DNA from: Octopus sinensis
Lineage: Eukaryota
Direction: 5' to 3'
Assembly: GCF_006345805.1 (NCBI RefSeq)
Contig: NC_043004.1
Span: forward strand, 64,356,001 to 64,420,000
DNA length: 64,000 bases
In this document: positions 53,407 to 64,000 of the stretch, piece after piece
How the letters are laid out: each line of letters starts with the position of its first letter
Numbering within the stretch: the stretch's first letter is position 1
Translations under genes and position numbers: made by a program
The notes under the pieces: model-generated
What the model saw: only the letters and a program-made list of their open reading frames with translations
What the model was told of the DNA's origin: nothing
Databases searched by the model: none

Positions 53407-54336
53407 GTATATATATATATATATCTATCACTTCGTTTAACGTCCGTTTTCCATGCTAGCATGGGTTGGAGGGTTTTGACTGAGGGCTGGCAACCAGATG
53501 GCTGCACCAGGCTACAGTCTTGGTCTGGCAGAGTTTCTACAGCTGGATGCCCTTTCTAACGCCAACCACTCTGAGTGTAGTGGGTGCTTTTACATGCCAC
53601 CGGCACGAGGGCCAGTCAGGACGTACTAGCAAAGGCCACACTCAAATGGTGTTTTTTACGTGCATATATATATATATATATATATCATAATCATCATCAT
53701 TATTATCATTTATTGTCCATGCTGGCATGGGTTGGGTGGTTTGATCAGAGCTGGGGAGCTGCACCTGACTCCAGTGTGATTTGACATGGTTTCTATGGCT
53801 GGATGCCATTCCTAACATCAACCACTTTACAGAGTGTGCTGGGAGCTTTTTACATATGGGTGCTTTTACGTTGTGCCACCACAAGTGCTTTTCATCACCA
53901 GAGGAACCACTCTGAACACTTCTACTGCAGAGTGCAGGTCGACTTGAGTATAGGAAGGTGCCAAGCATCTCCATCCTTTGATATCTCACCTGAAAGGTTC
54001 AGCATCCTGGTTTATGAATTTAATTCATTCCTGAAGGCTATTTTTGTCACCCAAAAATGTTAGTAAACTGAAACCTTATAGAAAATTCCAGAGAATGCAC
54101 AGCAAATTTCTTGCAGAAATGTAGACTGAGTAAAAGCTAGACAACAACTGACTTTTTCTCAATGATACTCCCAACTTGTCACTCATCATTTGTTACTCAA
54201 GGCACTGTTCCTCACCCAGGACGCTTTATTTTCAAAAAGTTGTTCATAAACCAATTTGCTTGTGATGAGAGGTGTTAACAAACTGAGGTCCAACTATGTA
54301 TATATATATTTGTGTATGTGTATATCTGAGCCATTG

Positions 54337-54465
54337 GAGTCTGACAAGTTGACTATACTGCTAAGCACTTTACTGGTACAAAATCAATGGTCACTCTATG
54401 ACTGGCCATAACAATTAACTCCCTAAAAAGTATATTACTGTTCTAAGGGTGCTTCTTTTTCAGAT
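54337..54465 (+). mobile_element. Relative of the 36.3-kb element with an inactivated hammerhead
   Basis: gagu CUGACAA guugacuauac...ggu ac AAAAU CAAU GGUC acuc: G8A and loss of GAAA. Downstream sequence is homologous to the reverse complement of 36175-36245. Confidence 0.7.
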
Positions 54466-54505
54466 GTATGAACAACTGACAATATTTACATGTATATATA
54501 TATAT

Positions 54506-54862
54506 CTTTTTTCTAGTTTCAGCTCAGAGCTGCGGCCATGCTGATGCACCGCCGTTTTGTGCTACACTGTTATTACGACGAACCTCGTCTGATATGTGGC
54601 ACTTGGTGAAGAATGGAGTTTGATATAGCTACTCTCATTTGCACCTCTTGCCGTGAGGTAGTTTCATCTGGGACTCTTGACAGGAAGATGTCCAGCTTTG
54701 ATTTAAAAACCGCTACATCTACTTTTGCAAGTTCCTCAGACTCTTTGGGAGAATATTAAAAAGTCCCTTGAAACCCAGGGTGTTGCAGAAGCTGGTCCTG
54801 AAGCGTGATGGCATTGCTGGGATCTTTGGCACTATGCAGTGTCGTCCTGTTCTAGCATTGGT
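54506..54862 (-). pseudogene. CR1-group LINE 3' end (ORF2 C-terminus and tail)
   Basis: NARTGRHCIVPKIP...LGFKGLFNILPKSLRNL, frameshift, then VDVAVFKSKLDIFLSRVPDE...SNSILHQ. Tail is homologous to the family-A SINE tail. Confidence 0.8.
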
Positions 54863-55319
54863 GTGTGTATATATATTTATATATATATATTGGTGAAGGC
54901 ACATGGCTTAGTGGTTGGGGTGTTGCACTCACAATTACAAGATCATTGTGTTCTTGAGCAAAGCACTTCATTTCACATTACTCTGCAATCATTTCATCAT
55001 CTGACATGTGGCACCCATTGCACCTGTACAGGTAATATCAATCTGATGGAGGGAGTGAGCCTATGTGAACACAAACATTTGATCACTATAAACAGGTCAT
55101 CCGTGTGGTTGTTTGGCCAGAAATTGCTGAACCCTCATATGTCGTCTAATGACAGGCAAGTCCATGATACATATATATATATATATAATTAGTGGACCCC
55201 ACGTTTTTTTTTTCTTTTAAGTTCGGTACTTATTATAATGGTTATCTTTTGCCAAACTTCTAAGTTGCATGATCAAAATTTCAGATTTTACTACAAGCGT
55301 TATTTCATTGTGCATCTCT

Positions 55320-55400
<81 letters not shown>

Positions 55401-55858
55401 CTTTCTCCCTCTCCTACATGAGGAATATTTTTCTTTGTCTTACAAGCTTCTTGGCAATCTCACTAGTGCTGCTGTCACGTAAAAGACATTCAGAACACTC
55501 TGTAAAGTGTTTGGTATTAAGAAAGGCATCCAGCCATAGAAACTATACCAAAGAAGATTTAGCAGCTCAGTGCAGCCATTCAGTTCAATGGATCCTGTCA
55601 AACCATCTGACTCGCGTCGGCATAATATTCATGCATGAAATGATGGTGATGATTATGAAATATTTTATAACAATGTGTGTGAACACAACTCTGTCTCTCT
55701 GCATATTTGTGTACCTATCTATCTATCTGTCTATTTATCTATCTATCTATTTATTTATCTATCTATTTACCTATATCTCTCTCTCTGTATCTATCTATTT
55801 ATCTACCTATCTCTCTCTCTATCTATCTTTCTGTCTACCTACCTATCTATCTATCTAT

Positions 55859-56880
55859 GCTCTCAAGCAACTATGCCGTCCCAGGTCAACCTTAAGCAAC
55901 TACAACACAACCAAAGCATTCTATAGAGGTTTAGTGGAGGGGAGGTATGACAACGATCTCGGGGAAAACCTGGGCGGCGACGAGGAATACCTGACCCGTA
56001 TGTTCAAGATGACTTTCAGGACCTATGGACAACTTCCAGAGATCCCTGGTCTGGCAGTGCTACCAAGAAGTGCTACCTGTTCAGGATAAGCTCTACAGAC
56101 ATGGCTCAAGAAACACAGGACCAACCTGCCTGAGATGTGGTCAGAGCGATGAAACCATTCTGCACGCACTCGTGCAGTGTCCAACCATTTCTGACCTGTG
56201 CGCTTATGTTGAACAACTGCTGTCATGTGTGGGACGAGTCAGTTTATCAGCCAAATCTATCATCAATATTGTCACACCTCCTTCCTTCAAACGGGAAGGA
56301 AGAGCTATTTTCATCATCCTTGTGGCTATGGCGAAAGAATGTATCAGGTGGACGCGTCTGAAAGGATTGGAGACAAACACTTTCCTCTCTGGTCAATCTC
56401 TCAACTTCTTCAAGTATCACTTGAAAAGGAAAGTGAGATTAGAGAGACAAGTTTTGTCTAGCGAATGTTTCAAAAAAGGATGGGTGAATGTAGCAAGGAT
56501 GGCACGTATGAATGACGAAGCCACCTTGAGCATAATCCTATGAACCCAGAAAAATTTAAAACTGAGTTACTTACTTGCAAATAAATGTGTTAACATGTGA
56601 CATTATTGACCGAGGTTACAGTGGTCTTTTCTGTTGGCTCTTCTTTCCACGGATAAACCTTATCTGCCTCCCCCTTTACACTTTACATCATGACATTTCT
56701 GTGATACATGATCCCTATTGATCGTTATTCTTTCTCTCTCTTTTTATGATCCCTTTTGATCTAAAACCTACCCCCCCTTTTATTTTTTATTTTTATTTTA
56801 TTTTTTTTCTCCCCAAAAAGAAAAGCTCTACTTTGTAATTTGTCCCCTCTGTGTTCAGCCCTGTGTGGCTAATAAAGAAA
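55859..56880 (+). mobile_element. Tx1-like copy D; 5'-truncated, zinc-knuckle region, ORF2 end and 3' UTR
   Basis: DNFQRSLVWQCYQEVLPVQDKLYRHG...CLRCGQSDETILHALVQC (zf-RVT-like). Stop at ~56543, AATAAA at 56871-56876; (CTAT)n on both flanks. Confidence 0.92.
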
Positions 56881-57008
56881 CATATCTATCTATCTGTCAT
56901 TTCTGTCTACCTATCTATCTATGTATGTATGTATTTATGTATGTGTGTATCTATCTATCTATCTACCTACCTACTTACCTACCTTCTACTTATATCTCAC
57001 TCATATAT

Positions 57009-57010
57009 CA

Positions 57011-57047
<37 letters not shown>

Positions 57048-57056
57048 CAGATAGAC

Positions 57057-57095
<39 letters not shown>

Positions 57096-57143
57096 CAGAT
57101 ATATAGATGATAGATAGATAGATAGATAGATAAATAGATAGAC

Positions 57144-57186
<43 letters not shown>

Positions 57187-57199
57187 AAGATAGATAGAC

Positions 57200-57238
<39 letters not shown>

Positions 57239-57239
57239 C

Positions 57240-57302
<63 letters not shown>

Positions 57303-57323
57303 CAGATAGATAGATAGATAGAC

Positions 57324-57400
<77 letters not shown>
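57009..57400. repeat. Long (GATA)n array with GACA variants
   Basis: Directly visible, ~390 bp. Confidence 0.95.
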
Positions 57401-57882
57401 TGAGAGTATATATAATTTCTCCTTCCTATAACCACAAAATCACCACCTTACAACTATTTTTCAGTAAAACTTCAAAAGATATAAACCTTGAAGATCTGCA
57501 TATGTGTATGCATATACATCTGTATATACATGTAATGTGTGTGCAAGCATGCATGCATGCATGCAGGTTTGTGTATGTATGCGTGTATATGTGTTAATTG
57601 TAATTATGCATACGAACGTATGTAGCTTGTATGTGTGTCTGTGTGTTTCTTTCCTTTAACAACCATTGGTTAATTACTATAATATTGCCTTCATAGAATG
57701 GTGCTAGCAGCTGTAGAAATGGTGGTGGTAGTGGGGGGTGGGTAATGATGGTGGTGGTAGTGGTAATGGAGGTGTTGGTGATGGTGGTGGTGTTACTTAG
57801 GCCCTGATCAGCTCTATTCAAATAGGCTTTCCAGCCATGACAATCTTGTCTCTTAATTACCCACTGTGCTCTTTTTTATTGA

Positions 57883-57924
<42 letters not shown>

Positions 57925-58602
57925 TTTGCTGTTGAAGTTGGTAGGGTGTGATTTGAGGGAGACTTGACTACTATTTCTACTTTGTCAAACGGACCACATA
58001 AAGATTCCTCCCTTCCCTCCTGCAATGGTGGTGGTGGTGGTTTTGTCTGGTGTTGATGATAGTTGTGATGATGGTGATGATGCTGATACCATTAACGATG
58101 GTGGTGGAGATGCAGGTGGTGGTGGTAATAGTGATGATAGTGGTGATGGTGGTAGAGGTGATGGTTGGAGGAAAAAGAAATATGCAAGTGGGGGGGAGGG
58201 GAGGGGAAGGTGCAGGGGGGAATTCCAAAACATGCTTTGTAGCAGACCTGACTTTTAACCATTCCTAAAGCATGCACAGAGGAAGAGTGAAGAGGTGGGG
58301 GTAGAGAAGAGTTGGAGGGGGGGGGGGGGTAAGAGGAATGGAGAGAGGGAGAGAGAAAGAAAGAAAAGTGGGGGCAATGTTAAGGGGGCAGAGACGAAAA
58401 GGGAAAGAACAAAGGTAAGGTGGCGGGTGTGGTGGTGGGGGAATGCCGTGGCGGATGTTTTACAGCTCGTGGGCGGTGGGGCGAAGGGGTAATTCCTTTG
58501 CTTATATTGATCTGCTTTGTCTGCCTTCATGGTCGGCTGGTAGGCGTGTCTGTCTGCCTGTCGGCCTGTCTGCTTGTATATCTGTCTGTCTCCTGTCCTG
58601 TC

Positions 58603-58644
<42 letters not shown>

Positions 58645-58729
58645 ATCATTATCTCTCTCAGATTTTCCTGAAACATACTCTGGAGAAGGTGGTTGCGGCA
58701 GGGCAGCCGTGGATGATGAAAGGGACTCC

Positions 58730-58839
58730 CCACCACCACCACCACCACCACCACCGCCACCGCCACCGCCACCACCACCACCACCGCCACCACCACCACC
58801 ACCACCACCACCACCGCCACCACCACCACCGCCACCACC
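58730..58839. repeat. (CAC/CGC)n triplet tract
   Basis: Directly visible; source of the poly-Pro/His/Gly/Val ORFs. Confidence 0.95.
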
Positions 58840-59276
58840 AGACACGCATTCCCAGCACATACCTTTTCCGACACCCAACTCTTTATACATCTAATATCTT
58901 CTTTTTCTTCTTAAACTTCTTCTTCACATTTCTTTCGTTCTCCTCTTCTCTTTCTCCTCCTCTCCACTACTTCTACCCTTGTTCTTCTACCTACCTACCT
59001 ACCTACCTACCTGCCTTCTTCCTTGTCTTCTTCTTCCCCCCCTCTTTTTCAAACACACACATACACACTAAATCATTGATGGATAATAAATGAGAGAATC
59101 AGAATGCCTGAGAAATGGATATTGATGTGTGAATTGTAAGTATGTATGTATGTATAATGTAAAAGAGAGGAGAGAGAGAGAGAGAGGCAATATATACATA
59201 CACAAACAGATATAAGTGCATATTAATATATATATGTGTGTGTGTGTGTATATATAATATACACACACACACACAC

Positions 59277-59312
<36 letters not shown>

Positions 59313-59454
59313 GAATACCAAATTGAACAAGTCTTAAATATACTTTTAAACTGCTAATTATCTTTATTATATAAATATACATGTGAATACAGATGCATTA
59401 TAAATTTATATGTGTATGTATATATATATATGTGTGTGTGTGTGTATGTATGTA

Positions 59455-59507
<53 letters not shown>

Positions 59508-61798
59508 AAAATCATCCAACCCATACCAGCATAGAAGGTTTACTAATGAAGATATATAGATAAACGAAATTGTGGCAACTTTTATAAACACCTTAACAGC
59601 TAATAGTGCTTGTGCTTTATATATATACATGTATATGGAGAGAGACAGAGAGAGACAGAGAGAGATGTTCAAATTTTGTTAGTGTTGTAGACTGAATGTG
59701 TACCCCTTAAGTAAGGCACATAACTCTGCTTGTTTAAGGTCAACCTGGCTGGTGGTTCATTTTCCTCTTTGTACTTCATGCTTGAGTGATTCAGCAGCAC
59801 AAAAGCATATCCAACTGGTAAAAGCTAACACACACACACACACACATGTATATACATGTGCACACATATAGCATGCAAAATGTGCACATTGCATACACAT
59901 GGCACACACAGATATACAGTACATGTATGCCCATACACAACATGCATACATATTCACAACAGGCAAATACATACACAACACACGCACACATGCATACACA
60001 CAGACATGCATACATGCACACATGCAAACACACATAACATACATACATATATAACCATAAGCACATGTAGACACACACACACACACACACACGCACACAC
60101 ACACACACATGCATGTCTGCATGCATATATCTATGTGAACCCTATTCTTCCATCTGGAAACAAAATGCAGTCTACCATAGCAGATAATGATATTGGCAGA
60201 GCAAAAGAGGGAGGTGGAGAGTAAGAGGGGTGTTGGTTAACCTCAGGTCAGTCTCAGTTGAATAGATTCATGATCAAGCACATTCCATCCATGACCATCT
60301 ACTAAACTAAAGTGTACCATGGACTACATTATCAAATGTCTCCTATTGTCTTTTTGCTGTGTGTGATTTGAGGGAAGGGGAGTGGTGGGAGGTTTAGCTG
60401 CTATTTCTAGCATGATGGTGATAGCGGAATTTATAGCGACGATGGTGGTGGTGGTGGTGGGGGAATTGTTGTCGGCAGCGGTGGTGGTGGTGGCGGTGAC
60501 AGCATGAGGAAGTGATCCAGACTCTCTCTAGATATATCTGGAGCAAACAGGCAAAGAAGGGAATGGAATGAGTCAACCTTGACTGGAGTAAACAGACAGA
60601 AGGGTCTAGAGGAGGGGGGAGCGGTGGGGGGGGGGCAAATGAGGGATCGGTGGCAGGGAGAGGAAATTATGGCAATGGTAGGATTTGAAAGGGAATTTAC
60701 TGAAGCTAATGTGGTGGTCGAGGTGGGGGCCGTGGTGGGTGGGTGTGTATAGATATGGTTGGAAATTTAAGGGCTTTATAGTTCTAGTAGCACAGTTGGT
60801 GGTGGTGATGGTGAAGGTGGTGATTAGAGCCCCCACCTCCCCATGATAGTAAATTTTAGGTGTTGGTGGTATAAGGGTCAGGTTTTAGGGAAAGAGAGGG
60901 AGAATGTGTGTATTTATGTTTGTGTGTGGGTTGTTGTTGTTTAGCCCAAGGTCAGCTGTGATTGAGCACACTTATGATCACAGACAGGCCAACTGTGAGG
61001 TGCCTATTTTATTTATTTATTTTTCCTATATTATGCAATTTTGAGAAGGATTTGGCTGCTATTTCTAGCAAGAAAGGCCACGGCATCAGGACTCCCTTAT
61101 AGATAGATAGATAGATAGAGGGAGTGTGTGTTCTGATTGCTGCGAGTGGGGGATAATTGTAGAGGTGTTGGAGGGGTGAGTGCTGTTGACAGCAAAGGGA
61201 GTGGCACCAGAAATTAATGGAGGGGGGAAATGAAACGCAATAAAGGGGGTAGCAGAGAAAGACAGACAGACAGCACGATAAAGAGATAGATACATAGACA
61301 TTAACACATTCACACACATACATATGTGCACATACAGTCACACACACACACACACACCTATTCTGGTAGACTTAGAGACAGACAAAGGTGCAAATGCAGA
61401 AAGTAGGAGTGAAGGGGGTAGTTTGGTGCTGAAAGGAAAATATATAGAGAAGAAATGGGTGAATATAGAAGCATAGATGTGGTGTGTGTGTGTACATATA
61501 TATGTAAGTGCACAAACATTGATATATATATATATATACACATATATATATATTTATATGCACAAACGTTAATACAAAGATATATTTTACTAATGTACAG
61601 AACACACATAAATAAACGTATGTCTAGACATATGAATATATATGTGTGTATGTATATGTGCGTGTATATATATATGCATATGTACATGTGTATGTATATA
61701 TGTGTAAACATATGTGTGTATGTGCGTGTGTGTGTATATATATTTATGCATATGTACATGTGTATGTATATATGTGTAAGCATATGTGCATATGCATG

Positions 61799-61833
<35 letters not shown>

Positions 61834-61836
61834 GTG

Positions 61837-61875
<39 letters not shown>

Positions 61876-63065
61876 ACATATGTATATGTGTATATAGATA
61901 TATATGTGCGTATGTACAAGTGTATGTGTCTGTATGTCTGTGTATGTGTGTGTATATATGTGTGTGTGTGTGTACGTATGTATGTATATGTGTATACATA
62001 TGTGTGTGTCTGTATGGTTAGATGGATTTGTATGTGTGTGTATATATAACGTATATGTGATATATAGATACCAGCAGAAGTACTCCCATGCATGTATTTA
62101 CATTTCTTAACACAGAAAAACACCCCCAAAAAATGCAGACATGCAAGCCCACCCACCATGCACATTCCACACATCTATATATAATATACACACATATAGA
62201 GACAGGTAATCACCTAGATGCGTACACTTACATGTGCATGCATGGGTGTAAACGTGTATGTGTTTGTGTGTGCACTCATATACATGTGTTCATGTGTTCA
62301 TGTGTGTATGTGTGTATGAAAGCATGAGTGTGTGTGTGTGTGTGCATGTTTATATAGGTCTGCGCAAAAACGTGTATGCATCTGTGTATGTGTGTGCGCA
62401 TGCGTGCCTGCAAATGTGAAAAACTCTATAGAGAGAAAATGAAGAAATTTGAAAGAAAAGATGAAGTGAAGAGGAGGAAGTAGGAGAGAGACAGACAGAC
62501 ATACAGAGAAAGCAAGGTGGTGGTGGTAGTGGTGGTAGTGGCGGTGGCGGTGGCGATGGTGGAGGTGGTGGTGGTGGATATGGCTTGTGAGATGATATAT
62601 GAGGCCTTAGAGAGGGAAAGAGAAAGGAGACTAGAGGAAGGAGTGGGAGAAATTATAGGGTGAAATGTACCTTTGATGTAAGCCCAGGCAAAAAGGAGTG
62701 GGTACATATATATATAGCACAAGGCTGAAGTATTGATAGTTATTTCCTGACTTGGGGTAAAATGGGGATTAGGGATGTAGCATAGGTAAGAAATGTGGGG
62801 ATAGTTAAGTTTTGGTATTTGGTATAGACATGGGGTGAATTGCGGGTAAGGGTTGGAAAATTGGGAATGAAATGTTGCTAAGTAATGTTGAGTTTAGAGG
62901 CAAAGTTTGGGGTGAAGTGTAGTTAAGGTGAAGTTTGGGTAGTTGTTGTAGGATTGGGGTGAAATCTGGGTAGATGTTGTAAGAGTTGGGGGTAAAGTAT
63001 GGCTAACTGCTTGCAGAGTTTGTGAGAAGTATCACCAAGTATTCTAGTATTGGGGTGTGATAATG

Positions 63066-63225
63066 GTGGGTATTGTGGAACTAGAATGTTTCTGTGAGTA
63101 GGTATTGTGAATTAAGGGTAGCATTGTTAGTAGGTGTTGTGAATGTGGGATAGCACTAAGAGTAGATACTGTGAGTTAAAGGAATCTTTGCTGGTAGATA
63201 TTTTGAATTAGGGGTAGCATTATGG
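63066..63225. repeat. Degenerate 32-bp tandem repeat, 5 copies
   Basis: Units start at 63066, 63098, 63130, 63162 and 63194 (e.g. gtaggtattgtgaattaagggtagcattgtta, gtagatattttgaattaggggtagcattatgg). A looser ~31-33 bp period extends back to ~62750. Confidence 0.75.
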
Positions 63226-63863
63226 GTATGTAATCTGGTTGGATATGACACTATGTATGTGTGCATACACTGGAGGGAGGTAAGAGTGAAACGAGGTTGT
63301 TTTAGCTGCTATTGATGGTGATATTAAAGGTAACGCCACTATTACTACTACTAGTGTTGCTGATGGTGGTGGTGGTGTCATTAGTGAAATTACACTGCTG
63401 CTGTCACTGGTACAAAAGAAGTATTGCAATGTAATTTTAAGGATCAGGAATGGAAAGGAGAAAGATGGGGAGTAGACGATGGATAGCCTGTATGGCGAAG
63501 GAAGAGGAAAGAGAGGGTGGTGGTAGTGGTGGTGGTGGTGGTGTAGTGTCTGCAAAAAATACATCACTGTGCAGTGATGAAGGCATGCAAGGGAAGAGGA
63601 ATGGTTGACTTTCAGCTTCTTTAAGCAGACTAAACATTAACTGTGAGTGTAAGCGTCTTCTAACTAGACGTACACATAGACATGCACACACACCCCTCAT
63701 AGAATAGACATGCATGTACATATGCATATACAAGCATGTATGTATATGTATATATGATATATAATATATAATATATATATATAATATAATATATATATAT
63801 ATCTATCATCACATCATCATCATTTAAAATGGAAGCGGACGTTAAATGATGATGATGATGATG

Positions 63864-63896
<33 letters not shown>

Positions 63897-64000
63897 GACA
63901 CAAATATACACATACACATGTACACACATATGCAAATATGCATACACAGACATATAGATACACACACACACACAGATGTACGAAGATGGACACACACAGA

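Larger units (their letters stand above)
3865..64000 (+). other. Probable single very long intron (>60 kb) of the CELF gene
   Basis: No AG-ATG acceptor leading into an MNRPIQVKPAD-type peptide was found by eye or in the ORF track. A small exon could have been missed. Confidence 0.6.

Noticed and set aside
58443-59093. Poly-His, poly-Pro and poly-Gly ORFs
   Set aside because: They arise from (CAC)n and (CT)n tracts; no domain or supported exon structure.
63066-63225. Regularly spaced 32-bp units superficially like a CRISPR array
   Set aside because: Contiguous degenerate tandem units with no repeat-spacer alternation, no cas genes, and a eukaryotic context.

Overview
AT-rich eukaryotic genomic DNA, very dense in microsatellites and SINEs. 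The repeat families look like octopus/coleoid cephalopod (inferred from recalled repeat motifs, not from a search). The only host protein-coding sequence I can support is one 83-bp exon (3782-3864, + strand) encoding the second half of RRM1 of a CELF3-6/Bruno-3 RNA-binding protein. I found no next exon (expected MNRPIQVKPAD), so the remaining ~60 kb is probably one intron. That intron contains several tRNA-derived SINE families, decayed RTE and CR1 LINE fragments, TTAA- and TA-type MITEs and minisatellites. Two things stand out. (1) About eleven minimal type-I hammerhead-ribozyme motifs of the Penelope-like kind. Two unrelated families form fold-back palindromes with a hammerhead on each strand (16605-16930 and 36204-36409). 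(2) Four copies of a Tx1/L1-clade retrotransposon whose free ends sit in (TATC)n in a fixed orientation, three of them stacked head-to-tail, suggesting microsatellite-specific targeting. Apart from the CELF exon and the LINE-derived frames, the ORFs in the track are mostly simple-repeat artefacts. All structures were paired by eye; no folding or database search was run.
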